64,000 nt of DNA from Moniliella sp. 'wahieum'. Its lineage: Eukaryota. Below, one piece after another: positions 25,041-37,800 of the stretch (the first letter of the stretch is position 1; each line of letters starts with the position of its first letter). The stretch is from contig RSEE01000012.1 of assembly GCA_003971905.1 (NCBI GenBank), positions 124,001 to 188,000 of the forward strand. The letters are read 5' to 3'. The notes beneath the pieces were generated by a model, which was given only the letters and a program-made list of their open reading frames with translations, did not search any database and was not told the DNA's origin. The position numbers were made by a program, and so were the translations under genes.

Positions 25041-25954
25041 AGCTCATCATGCAATCTAAGCGGGGCAGGACATGGACCAATCAAACGGGGACCAGGTGGA
25101 AGAAGAACTGCAGAGGAGGGGAAGGTGTCGAGGCCTTATAGCCAACCCCTCGCAAGCTGAGTACGGGAGGTTCTAACCCCTTGTGCCCAGTGAGTGGGAA
25201 GGATCTCTGCACTTTCTCTTGTACTTGCTCTCCTCTCGCTGCACCTCCGGCAGCTGCTCTATTACCCTCCACACTGCCTGCGCAGCCCCCCTCCACACAA
25301 CCCTGCCTCCTCTCCCACTTCTTCCCACAAGCAAACAACTAAGCGACGTCCCGTCAGTGGGTCTTAGCTTGCTTGGCGTGTTGCTGTTGCCGTTGCTGTT
25401 GCTGTTGCTGTTGCTGGTACTGTTGATGATCTCTCGATGATCGATACGATACGTTTTATTCAAGTTTGTTTGTTGCTACGGCCCTCCTCTCTCTCTCCCC
25501 GGCTCTGTCCTCTCCTCTCCCCTTATCGGATTATATACCTTGTGCCACCCGCATCCCATCATCATTTACTTTCGGGCAGTATTAGTGGTCAGTGGCAGGG
25601 TCGGGACACAGTAATGAAAGCCAAAGAGAAAAACTTGAACGTCTCTTAACTTTAGTGCTTTTGTAACTCGTATCTGGGGACGCGTGGACGCTGAAAGTTG
25701 GTAGTAGAAACGGGAAGTACGTGTGCCCTAATAAAAGCCTAAAGCGGCGATTCACCGTAAAAAGCAAGCTAGGCCGTGCGCAGTAGTTTTTGTATGCAGT
25801 TCGTAGATCAACGTTTCTCCGTTTTGACCTTCACCTCCTCGGCGGTCAACCCAAAGATCGAGCCTAAACTCCCCTGCTGCGGTTAGGGGTCTTTCAGTTG
25901 GAGGGGGAAGGGCAATCATTGTATAGGGGAGGGGAAGCGATGAGAAGGGAACGG

Positions 25955-26108
25955 AATGAAGAGGACAAGGAGAAGGAGAAAGAGAAAGAAAAGGAAAAGG
26001 AGAAAGGACCGGGGAAGGAGAAAGAGAAGGAGAAGGAGAAGAGAAGGAGAAGGAGAAAGAGAAGGAGAAGGAGAAATATAGGAGAATATAAGGAGAAGAA
26101 GGAGAGAA
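25955..26108. repeat. Purine-rich low-complexity tract (GAGAAG/GAAAAG)n
   Basis: Visible; reads as poly(EK) on the + strand. Confidence 0.9.
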
Positions 26109-27405
26109 TAACAGTTGGCGGCCCCTCTTCCGGCAAGGTGTACTGACTATATAAAATGATCGGAGGCGCCACAGTCGGGGCTAAGGCGACTGGGAGACCA
26201 GAGTCAAGACTAGGTCAAGAGATGTAGCAAACGTCGGGGGGAAGAAGCAAGAGCAGATGCGAAGGGAAGAAACAAGGAAAGAGTGAGACGCTCGCGACGA
26301 AGAAATGGGAAGTGGGAGCAAGATCAGCCAAACTATATGATAGGAGGCGCCACAGGGAGATGGCCAAACAGGGCGCGCCTATAGTTGGATGTCCGTGCGG
26401 ACAACGATGGATTATACAAGTATGTGGGATAGGAGACTAAGCGAAAGGCACGCTTAGCTTCCACAACCCTTCCTTTGTAGCGACGCTGAAGGCTCTGACC
26501 TGGAGACCCTAGTCTCTAAACCCACAGACGATCAGCGAGTAGTAATCAAGTAACGAGGTGAGCGAAGAAGGGGAAGGGGGAGGGAAGGAGAGGGGTGGCG
26601 AAGGGACAGAGCAATCAGTGGGACAGGAATGTACCGTGCGGCTGGCGCGCGCGGCAACTCTAGGGTCTAGCTTTCACATCTACGAATCAGGCAAGACACC
26701 GGTGGGTGACATGGCAACACTTTCTCTTCGACTCCACAGATTCTCCACAGGAAAGAGCAGACGCAAATGAGCAAAGAAACGAGAAGAGAGATGACATACG
26801 TGCCTATAAAGCGTCCCCCGATCAAGGCTGGAGACGGTGCTCAGTAGTATTATGCGCTTCCCGTCTCACCTGTACATTTCCACCCATACTACTTTCCAAT
26901 CTCACTCTATATATCCCCCTCAAATTACCTGACAGGAGAACTGCGTGGTCATATGCCGTAGAGGAGTTCTGACCACACCAAATAAGACAGAGGGATGAGG
27001 GACAAAAAGATATCCATGTAGGGTATATGACGAGACGATGGATCTAAGGCGCACTTAGCCTCGCCCTGGCCCAACACACTTTTCAGAAAAGATGCACGCG
27101 CGCCGCCTCCAGGAGAAGTCTTATTAGCCTCCGTAGGTTCACCCGCCAGTGGTTGCACCTTCTCTTCCGCATATTGCTTCCTGGTGATTGGGTGCTTCTC
27201 CGCGTGCTCTGCGCTAACGCCGGAGTATCCCTCCCGCTTCTTTACCCCATCTTTACTATATGGCTGTCCTCAACTAAAGAAGGGGTCTAATAGAACATCT
27301 CACTACTAACTACTACACCACATTTCGCTTATTCCACTGGACCGGTCTGTTCTGGTCCTCAACACACTTTTATAAGTTAGACAACGACGATTGATCCTGA
27401 GCGCT

Positions 27406-30400
27406 TCAAGTTTTTGACGTCAGATCGGCAGGGCCCATGTGTACCAGTTGCAGGCAGCACACACATGCGCGTTCCGTTACTTCTCCGTTGGCTATACAGT
27501 CAACCACGTGTCGTACAGCTGCTCCGCACGAACGTGGTTGCCTGCCTGGGTGTACAAACAGCGCCAAGTTGAACGCAGCCTCGCGCGCAAACGGTGGACT
27601 CTGTCTCAGCTTTTTGCTCACACAAGCGCAGACACGTTTCGTACCCCTCGGTGGCGAGGTGGGCTAGACTCAAACCTTGGTACGCGCGCGCTAGGTGTAG
27701 GCTTCGACGGCCGTGCCGCCGTACCGCCAAATCGGTGGGAGCGCGTGAGAAAGGCCAAGCCCTGCAGCACCATTTGGTGCGGTTGTCTACTTGCCTTTGC
27801 TCGGTTCGCGCCAGACTTGCCACCCCGGCCACCAAGTTCAATAGCGGATCACTTGGGACCGCCTTGCAACGCCCGCACCGACGCCCCGATTGCACCTTGA
27901 TTCTGCAACGTGCCGAGCATACTCGCCGCTTCAAACGCCAAGCCGGCGGGGGAGAGCTGGACGGGTAGCCCGACAAGAGCGCCTCTCGGGCGCAACCAGC
28001 TTGCCTCGTCGTCCCCTGCCGTGGAGCAGACGATTGCGATAGACGGCCAGCGGGGGTTCGGTCGGTGGAGCCGGTACGAGAAGGGTCGAGCAAGAGAGGA
28101 TCAATGGTACCGGTTGTTTCATCCCCAACATCTTCTTCCTCTGCCCTCATCGGGTCATCGGGGTCAGGCAGATTCCTTGGGCGGCCGCGGCAGGTGTATT
28201 GGCCTTGGGCACCATCATGATAAACGTCCTTCCGCTCGTGCCATGCATGCGGCCGGCCCGATGCAATCCAATCGATCGTCCCATTCCGGCGCTTAAAGTA
28301 GCGTCGATGTCCGTTGGAGAAGGCATCCCCTCGCCCGTAGAACCCCAACGAGTTGGCCAATGCCATCCACAGTGTCACTGGCATTTCATGGAACGCATAC
28401 GTCCCCGTCAGGAAACGCGCACTCTTGAACACAGCTGCGGTGTCGCGCTCGTACAACGCCGATGCTTTTTCACAAGTGTTAGTTAGCTCCGTTCCTCATA
28501 CTATGGACCAAAAACATACCGATCCGAGCCAGTTCCATCGCCAGTAAACGGTCCTCGAACGGATAGACCGCGTTCGAGGGGATCACCGCTTCCAGCATCT
28601 CCCGCGCCGTCTTGCCCCTTCCTTGCTTGGTGAGGACAAACGCGTACTAGGGCCACAGTCAGCTCTTCCCGCTTCGCACAAGGTAAAAGAAGCGGACGTA
28701 CGTTCATAAACATATCGACCCAATCGTCTAATGGCATCCCAGCATATGTCGTTGGCGCTGGGCCGGAAGGCTTGGCACTAGCCTCGCCTTCGTGAGCGTG
28801 TTGTGCCTCTAAATCGTTCTCCAACCGATTCATCAACGCCCCCGCTTCCTGCCCTACTGTCCGCGGCTTGTCCGGAGCCTTGTACGCTTCCTGATCCGCC
28901 CGGGAATGGTGCACCCCAGTAAAGCGAAGACGCTTGTTCACTCCAAACAGATGCTGGTTCGAAGTGAACTGCTCCACCAACGATTCAGCTAGGGCCAGGT
29001 ACTGTTCCAAGGCGCGTGCCTCCTCCGCCTCTGTGCCCAGCTGCATCGGGTCTCCACCAAGCAAATTGCCCGGTCGATGTAAACGTAGCGAGAGAGGGGT
29101 CGATGTCTTGGCCAGATTCGCGCTCGGGCACACGGTAGATGATCCGTTGCAGATGGGCCAGACGGGCAAACTTGTGAACTGTATCCCTCTCTCGACGGAT
29201 TTGCATTCGCCTCAGCTCGGTTTCCGACGGGGCCGAGCCAAAGGCAGCCGGGCGCGACGTCGACTCATCGAACAGACCACCTTCACCAGGCAAGTCCAGC
29301 CCCGTGCCGGCTTGGGCATCGTACTGCATCACCTCCTGCACCAGCTGCACCGCCTGCGCATTCTGCCCCATTGCCTCCTTGGCGCGGGCGAGGTCCAACT
29401 TGGCCGACAGCATCCGCGGATCCACCACCAGCTTGAGACAGGGTATCGTGAGCCGTCTCGTAATGTCCCAGTTCCAGCTCGGCCTTGCCGATAAACGACC
29501 AGGTCTCTGCCGTGTTGGTTTCGGCAGCATGCTGAGGGTGTGGGCCACGGTAAGCAGCTCGGGCCACAGCTGCGCTTGCTGGTAGGCGGTGGCGACCTCG
29601 GGCGCAAGCTCAACCACCTCGGCAGGGTAGTCTGGGAGTAGCTCGGCAGGAGGTTAGGCGGAGGGTCGACGCCTTGCTGCTGGGCCTCCTCAGCTAGACG
29701 CTCGGTCAGGCGGCTATGCTCCTGAGCATACACTGCCAGCGGCTTGATAATCGCCGCGAGATGCAGTTTGGCCTCCGCCTCCTGCTTGAGCAGCAGCCGG
29801 GCACGGGCCATGAACAGGCGCATGACCGGCGGCAGCGGATTCACCGTCGCCTGGGCCGTCAAGGAAGAGAGCTCTGCCCGGCTCCAACGCGTCGCGATAG
29901 GATCCTTTCGGTGAGGATAAGCCTGGGCAAACGCAGCCGAGTCTGAGGCAGACGTGGTTGCTGGTCATCGTATTCGCGATCGTCCGCGTCGTACGCATCC
30001 CAAAACACCTCATCCCCGCGCCCACTCGCCCACCGCACGCCTTGTCGGATCGCCTCGATCGCAGCTGCGCCATTGCCAAACTGCAGGTGCAGATCCGCAA
30101 GCGTCACCATCTCCGCCTCGCCATAGGTGGGGGCGAGGGGGTACGTGTCGCGGGACCGGTGGGACGGCGCTCGCCTTCGCCAAAAGGAAATGCTTGCATG
30201 TTCCAGCGCGCGAGCGCTTCAAGGTATTGCACCGCCCGCGGTCGGTCACCCGTGCCGACAAGCGAGTTGATGTACACCCGCCCCGTCGTGTGGTCGAAGG
30301 GCATCTGGGCCAGCGCGCGTCCCGCCAAGCGCGCTGCCAGACGATGGTCGCCCGCGGTAGCCAAGAGCGTAGCCCGTTTGACAATCCACTGCACGTCATC

Positions 30401-31810
30401 CGGGTCCTCGTGGCCGGCTTTGGCATAGCAGTGCGCCGCTTGCCGGTACAGCTGCCGCTCCTCGCTGAGCGTCGCCAGCTCCGCCCAGGTGGCCGGGTCA
30501 GTGCGACCCAAATGAGCTGCTACGATTCGTGCTTGCAGGCCTCGCGCCGAATCGTCCATTTGCTCGTAAATCATCGCCATGCTCAGCCACGCATCACGCT
30601 GGATAGGATCAATGCGGATCACCTCCTCAAACGTGGCCTTGGCGCCCTCCCAATCGTCCGAAATCAGCTGGCCATTTCCCTTGCTCAACAAGTCCCCCAC
30701 TTGGCGCGAAACGGGTTGGCGCTTGATTCCGTTGGCAGCACCCGTTCTTGTGGCCAGCCAAACGGACGCGTCGAGAGGCCGCGAGCTCCTTCTCAAACAA
30801 ACGCTGTTGCTCTTCCTCCCAGTCCCCCGTCGTCGCCGCAGGCGTGGCCGTAGAACGATTGCCATGGGAGGGATCGCGTCGTTCCTTCCGACCCACTGCA
30901 TAGGCAAGTGCTGCAATTTGTGCCGTATCTCCTCTTCCTCTCTCCTCTCTTCCTCTTCTTCGCTCAAACCGTTTCCGGTAGTGGACAACCAGGGAAGACC
31001 GCCGGGTGTAAGTGGGAGTCCGGAAAGCGCAGCTGATGGGAGATCGGACCCCGTTCGTCGAAATGCCAAATCAAGTTCATCCAGCTGCGCATCTGCTCGA
31101 GCTCTCCCTTTCTCGCTCGACCGCCCGCCCGGCAGACCCAGGGAGGCAAAGTCAAATTCCATATCGGCCATATCCGCTCGCTCTTGCCGCGTACGTTTAC
31201 GCGCCGCCAGCGCCACCAAGTGTACTCCGCCCTTGGTTTTTCCGAAGGGGCGGAGCGTCAGGATCCTTGAGCGGATCATATTCGTCCCCGTCGTCTTCAT
31301 CCATGCTGTCCTCGGCATCGTCCTCCTCGGCCTCGACCTCATCTTCTCGTCGTCTTGGTCACTTTCATCATCATCATCCTCTCCTTCTCCTCCTCCTCTT
31401 CTTCTTCTTCTTCCTCCTCTTCCTCCTCTTCCTCGAGTGTGGCAGCAGTAGGGCCATCGCCAGGGTCACGCGATAAGAGTGTACCATCGGGCTCGAACAT
31501 TTCCCCAGCGAGGTGATGGGCCTCGTCCAAGTCGGAGTCCGAGGCAGAGTCCGAATAGGAGTACGAGCCACTGCTGTCGGATCCGGATCGCCGACGCAGT
31601 TTCCGCTGGTTTTCGGCCAGCTGCGCCGCCTGCTGGATCTCCAGCAGGGTCTGCGATGCACTTGGCCTTGCTGTCCCGGGGGGCGGAGAGGGCAGGTGCA
31701 GGGGCAGGAGGTGGTGGTGGCGGCGGAGGCATAAGTGTCGCGTCGGCAGCAGCGCCTCGGGGCGCGGATCCGCGCCCTCGTCCTCGTCCGTGCGACTGGC
31801 GGGGCGGCAT
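27406..31810 (-). CDS. TFC4: TFIIIC TPR subunit (tau131/Tfc4/GTF3C3)
   Basis: Acidic N-terminal tract; TPR array GDLLSKGNGQLISDDWEGAKATFEEVIRIDP...AWLSMAMIYEQ...IVAAHL...WAELATLS; C-terminal REAAFNLALF. Heavily frameshifted; ends approximate. Confidence 0.8.
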
Positions 31811-32020
31811 GAGATGGTGGTGGCCAGCCAACTTTACCGCCAGCCAGCCCACGCCGCTGGGGCCACCGGTGAACATTTCAGTCGGCACGGCTGCTGCGTC
31901 GCATCTCTTCTTGCTCCTCCAACGACCATCCCTGCCCACGGACACCACCACCACCACCACCACCGAGCCCACACACACAGCGCTCTTCTGGAGGCCATAG
32001 GCATAGGCCGCCGCCCCACC

Positions 32021-33293
32021 ATGTCGCTCGACTTCGACTGGAGTCTGCTGGATGCTGCGCTCACCGCGCATCTGGTTGGGCGCATCAACAGCATCCTTGG
32101 CTCCACCCGCCTCCCGGACATGCTCGGCCCCATGTCGGTTCAAACCTGCGATCTCGGCGACGAGCCACCAGAAGTAACAATCGCCAGCATCCAGGACGTC
32201 TGGCCCGAGTTCCTCGAGCAGTCAGATGACGAAGACGACGCTGCCCCACCGCCTGATCGCCCCCCGCCTCCGCCGCTGCCCCCAAAAGCACACTCCCTCG
32301 CCCGCTCACGCACCTCTTCCATCGCATCCGCCCCTGCCTGGTCTGCCTGGCCTCCCCGCCCTGGCTCCACTCCCACCGGGATCGGCTTGGGATACGCCGG
32401 CCTGCGTCCCTCCTGGCCCGTCCGACCCCCAGCGTCTGGCTTCTCCCGCCCGAGCTCCATCGCTTCGGCCCCCATCACCCGGCCTGTGGCTTACGGGCCT
32501 TCGGATACCGAGTCCGATTCCGCCCGGCTGCCTCGTGCGCCGGCGCCTTGGCCAAAGAGCACTATTCCCCTGAGCCCACCAAGCAGGACCTCAACACTCA
32601 GGTCATAGGTCACGTCCGCTGGCGCAGCACCTCTCTCCGCCTCGAACTCTGCACCAGCTTGCTGGTCAACGAGCCCTGCCCAGCGTTTATGGAGCTCCCT
32701 CTTGTTCTCACTGTTACTGGACTGGTTTTGGACGCCGGCTTGGTTTTAGCCTTTGACCAGGACCGCCGTCAGGCTCACGTTTCACTCATTGATGCAGCTC
32801 AGGCGGAAGCAGCTGCAGAAACCAGACATCCCCCTTTTCCCAGCCTACGAAGAAAATTCTCCTCTTCCGAACCCGCCGCCCCGCTCGTCACCCAAGTCGA
32901 TGCCAGTGAACTTTCTGCGGAGGCGTCAAGGCGGTCTCAGATTCGGCGGTGCCCGCCTCCTATACCTCCCCTCTAGACCCCCTGGGCACCGCAAGCCAAA
33001 CCACCGCCGCGTCTGCAAGAAGCGCGTTGGGCCAACGTTTTATCCCCTTTCTCGCACTCGAGTCGTCTGTCGGTGACGATCGCAACCATAAGCATGTCCT
33101 GCGCAACGTCGGGAAGGTAGAACAGTTTGTTATCCAACTTGTTCGGGGTCTGGTGGTTGACGAGGTACGCACCTCATCTCTATCATGCGACGACAGGCAC
33201 TGACTTCCTTAGCTTGCGTTCCCCAACTTTTACACCTTCCAGTTGGGGGGCAAACTCCCAGGCAACAACGACGGTTCCGATGAACATTCGTGA
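32021..33293 (+). CDS. MDM12: ERMES SMP-domain subunit Mdm12
   Basis: MSLDFDWSLLD...PDMLGPMSVQTCDLGDEPPEVTIASIQD; LLVNEPCPAFMELPLVLTVTG; KHVLRNVGKVEQF...DE|LAFPNFYT, with intron 33165-33212. Confidence 0.93.
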
Positions 33294-34899
33294 CTCCTGG
33301 AACAGTGAGCTCCCACCCTATCCCGAATACATTCTTTGCGCGCCGGGGGAAGCCAGGTAGGTGCCCAGGAACTACTTCGAGTCTCGGTAAATTTTGGCGC
33401 AAAGGGAATGCGTATGCCCGAGGTGCGTGCCTGTGAGAAAGGCAGGTTGTAGCCCGCACGCGTGGGGTCATACCTCGGCCCACGGAGGTTCACATGCGGC
33501 GTGGATACGATAGCAGTGGCGGTTGTGATGGTTGTATAACGTATTACACTCATGAACACGACCCCCGTGAAGAAATGATACTCATCGAGCCTCACAGGGG
33601 CTGTGCAAAGGTGACTTGATCGTTGCCACGTGATAAATACTGATCCTGACACCTCTACATCTGAGGGAAGGCAATCAACTCTCTCTATGTTTCCACAGGA
33701 ACATTCTTGAGGTTGAACGTTGACTCCTAGCAAACGGGACTACTCGCCCAAGATGTCTGGGAGCTTGAATTCTTCGGTCGGTGGTGGAGCCTACGCGCTC
33801 CCTTCGCCTCCCTAACCCCGATCCCAGAGCTTCTCATAAACCCAAAACGCAAACCGATCGTGGCTACCCAGAACATCAGTGTTACGGGTCATTGGGCTGG
33901 TTCTGTCTAAACAACCCACATCTACTCTGTTGCGCCTATAAACGGAACATGCTTCCTGTGCGATCTGTGTGACGACGACACTTCAGTCCCACCTTCCATA
34001 CGGCTGTGAGGAGATCCGTGCGTGAACTTTGAGTCCATACTGATTGCATGTATTCTACTTCAAGTATTTGGTCATTGGTCTGGAGTGCAAAAGTGAGCTC
34101 TACTATAAGTGGAGCTGCCGGATCTGGACGCCAGTTCCTGTGATCCTGGCGTCTCGTTCTAGTTGTGAGATATTCCCTCTCGTGCCTTGTGCGTTATTGC
34201 TGAAGACGGAGAACCTGCCCATTATTTGGGACTTTTCGTGTTTGACTGTGTTCCTGTTACCAACAGAGTGTGGGAACCGTTTCCTACTTGTTGTGTTCTC
34301 CTTTTGAGAGCCACATTCAGCTTTGTTTCTTCCCTTTTTCTAGTGTTTTTGTACCATTTTGCTTCCTTAAAATTCCTGTTTGTATAGCCTTTGTTCTCGT
34401 TTTTCCCCCGAACGGGTCATTCTGTAGCAAAACATCTCGTCGCGAATCCATCCTTAACTCACCACTGCAGGGAGCACTTGCATTATACTCCTTACTAGCT
34501 CACCAGCAATCCAACAACTGGTGTTTCCGAATCCTTTCGCCGAAGGCATATCTTTTGCCGTCGGTCTCCCTCAAGCTTTCAATCTCCTCTGTACGGATCC
34601 CGCCGTGATCCTATACAAGAAGAGTTGAGTGGGTTCTGTGATAGGGGGCCTGTCCGACCCTATCTTTGTCTGTATTAGCCTTCCGGTCAACCTTTCAACT
34701 GGTCTGCGTCACCTATGGGCACGCTATCACAGTTCTGCTCGTTCCCGCAAACGCATCCTTTTGCTATGCGAGGAGGCGACGCCCGAATTGAGAGGCCTCA
34801 GCTCATCTCAGCTTTAGTAGCTCCGTTCAGATCCGCCAATGGCGTTCAAGCTCGATAAACCAACACATGAGTGGACCCTCCTCTCTCCACGGGAAATCA

Positions 34900-37800
34900 C
34901 CCCTAAACCGTGGGTTGGGCTCTAGTTTGGGGTCTGTGCCCATGGTACTAGCCAACATTGGCACGTGATGGTTCACCTCTATTCTTGAAGTTCTTTGAGG
35001 TTCTCATTAAGACGCCATATGATGTCCAATGGCTCTCATCACAGGTATGGTGCAGCTACTAATTGAACGTACACACTTTCGCGTATTTTGTGTTTGCCGG
35101 GCTGCGTCCCATTTGCCTCCTCAAGGACGCCGCATGCCGGGGGGCTCTCCCCATTGGGAGCATGTGTGATGCATTCATGGTGTTCCAAAACAATGCCATT
35201 TTTTGTCATATACTTGCACCTCAGTGGCTTTGAACATGCATACTATGTATGGGGTGCAATGAGCCAGTATAGAGAATATCGGGCTTAATGTGAGTGAGCC
35301 ATCACAGTCACACAGGGCCCACACTTGTCAGTCGCGTAAACTGAGAAGGCGTCACAGCGCACGGGTGCAGTTGGCGTCGTACCATGCATAACTTGTTAGA
35401 TGACTATAGTCGGTCCCACAGGAAAACTTTCTCCGAACCGCTCTGGTCGTCGATACCTTTGCGGACACGCCTGATATCTCTCTCATCCTTGTTCGTGGCG
35501 GCTGCCAGTTGTCGTATGGGTCGAAGCGTGGTGTTCGAGGAAACAGCGTCCTAACACAATGGGAATAACTTTCTCCCTGTTTTGCGACCACCCAGTGCAC
35601 TCCCCGTCCACGCATAACAAACGCACAAGAGGTCATGGTCAGCTCTAACCCGCCGACCCCACGCCTGGGATCTCAGCGTTTCATCATTGCTTTTGATTGG
35701 TATGTAGCTCTGGCGGGGGCTGCAGATAGTCCAATGCCCCGAGTTTCAACGGGTGCCCAGCGGCGAGAGGCGATTCATGTCAAAGTGGTTATATGGCGCT
35801 CCATCAACTACTAAAGGCTGCAAAGGCCCACCGGCCGATCATCATGTTGACTGGAGCTAACCTACCCCCGGCGCAGCGAGACAGCTCGGGGTCGTGGCCA
35901 CCACTCACAACATCCCCCCCCGCGGCTCCAGTAAAACGGGGCTAATATCTTACTACCAGTACATACAGCCTTACCACGCGCCAATATGTGTGCACGCCCG
36001 CATGAGCTCTCAAACTGGTCTTGAATTCTTTGCACCAGTGGGGAGCACAACAAAGTCTTCCATACTGGACTTTTGCCACAAAAAGACTTACCAGTCGCGT
36101 CGAGAGGATCGGTGTGTCCACCTCATGCAATCATGGCCGCATATTTTCATCAGATTGACTGCTGTTGCCTTGTTGTGTTCTAGACTTTGTTTTCATTTTT
36201 GTCCATATAATGGCTCACTACCCCGCCATCCCCTTTCGCCAAGGAATATTACTGAGTCACAGCCGAACTTATCCCGGCGACGGATACCCTCCGCAGTTAG
36301 CCATGGCCGGAGGACTCTTTGGTACGATGCGTAGCATCCATCACCCAGTCTTGGCCTCTGCCCAGTTCATCTGTTGTGATGCCCTCCAGAGTGTCAGTGT
36401 AGTGCTTTTGAGTTTTAACCATTACCTCTCTGTCAAGCGCTCTGCTATGCGGATAAATGGCATGCTACACTGGTGACATGCGTCCAGTGGCAGTGCAGCA
36501 GTCGTGTTCCTGTTATCTTCTTCGAATTGGAGCATAGCTTGTGTGGGAGCTATGTTATGACTTCATTCCCCCTCCATCCCCAGTTAGCTGAGCAATAAAC
36601 CTCAAGCATCAGTCAGTGGCTCGTGGTTTTTTTCTCTCGATCCGTGACACTTCACCTTCATGCACCCATAAGCGGTACAAGTAACTCTCCTACAGTCCTT
36701 TTGCCTGTCAGGCGCCACCTATCAGTACAAATTTTAGCCGCTCAGTGTTTGGCTTTCCAAGTATTGAATCTGTCGAGTTTCATACCAACCTTTCAGTCGT
36801 ACTTTGAAGTATCCCGGCTCCCGCTTCAGTCAAGCTTTGGCAACGTTGCCAACATCGCTCATCTGTTCCGTTCCTGAGGAAATTGGTTCTGACATACTGC
36901 AACCCATGACATACGCCCGGCTGCCCATCTATGCCGTGGTCTTCATGTATTTCTCACAGTTGAGATGTATCCAGACTGCATCATCTTATTTTACCAATAG
37001 GAAGCCCATTGTTAGGGTTTTTTTATTCTTTCAGAAACGGGCGCACATGTAAGGTTCCAGCTGAAAGATAAGGCACTTCTACTGGATATGGCTCTCTCTA
37101 AGAGGGCTACGCCTGGCCTTTGGCTTTGAGCAGCTTTTTTTGATGATGTCGGTTGCACTAAAACCACTGTCACATCCCTGTGCGTGAGGAAAATATGCAG
37201 GCTCTCATCCTGGAGTGGTTGGATATATAGGCTGAAGATACATTTGATCGTTGGTCGTGGCGACAATGAGAGATTGGGAAGACTATGATGGAATGAGGGG
37301 CCCTACTAGCCGTGCCACCATGCCAGTGACACTGGTAGCTAGCTGCATTGCGAACCGTTAGGTGCTACGAAATTGTGTACCTAACCCTCTCCCACTGTCT
37401 AGCACCTAGAACGACGAGTGATGCCCCCTTTGAATCGAACGGAGCCGCCTCAGTTTGAACCAAAAGCAGCAAACGTATAGCTCACCTGTGCCATGAGAGT
37501 TTTGCGGGAGACTCGATAGTGGTCGGGGCAACACGAAAGTCATGTGCTTGATGCGTCCAATCCTAGAAGATCATCTCATTAGACCAATCCCAGGTCACTC
37601 AGGTTCAAACAAGGGATGGTGGTGATATATGTATTACAGAACTACTGAGAGGTATGTCTGCGTTGAAATGCTGTTAAGGTGGGAGACTCATGCACGGGCC
37701 CGATCGAGCTGACCGGCACTTGTGCAACTTGTAGTCGATGGGGTTTGAGATCCTTCATGGTCATCACCTGGGGATCCAACGTCATACCTCAGACTGATCA

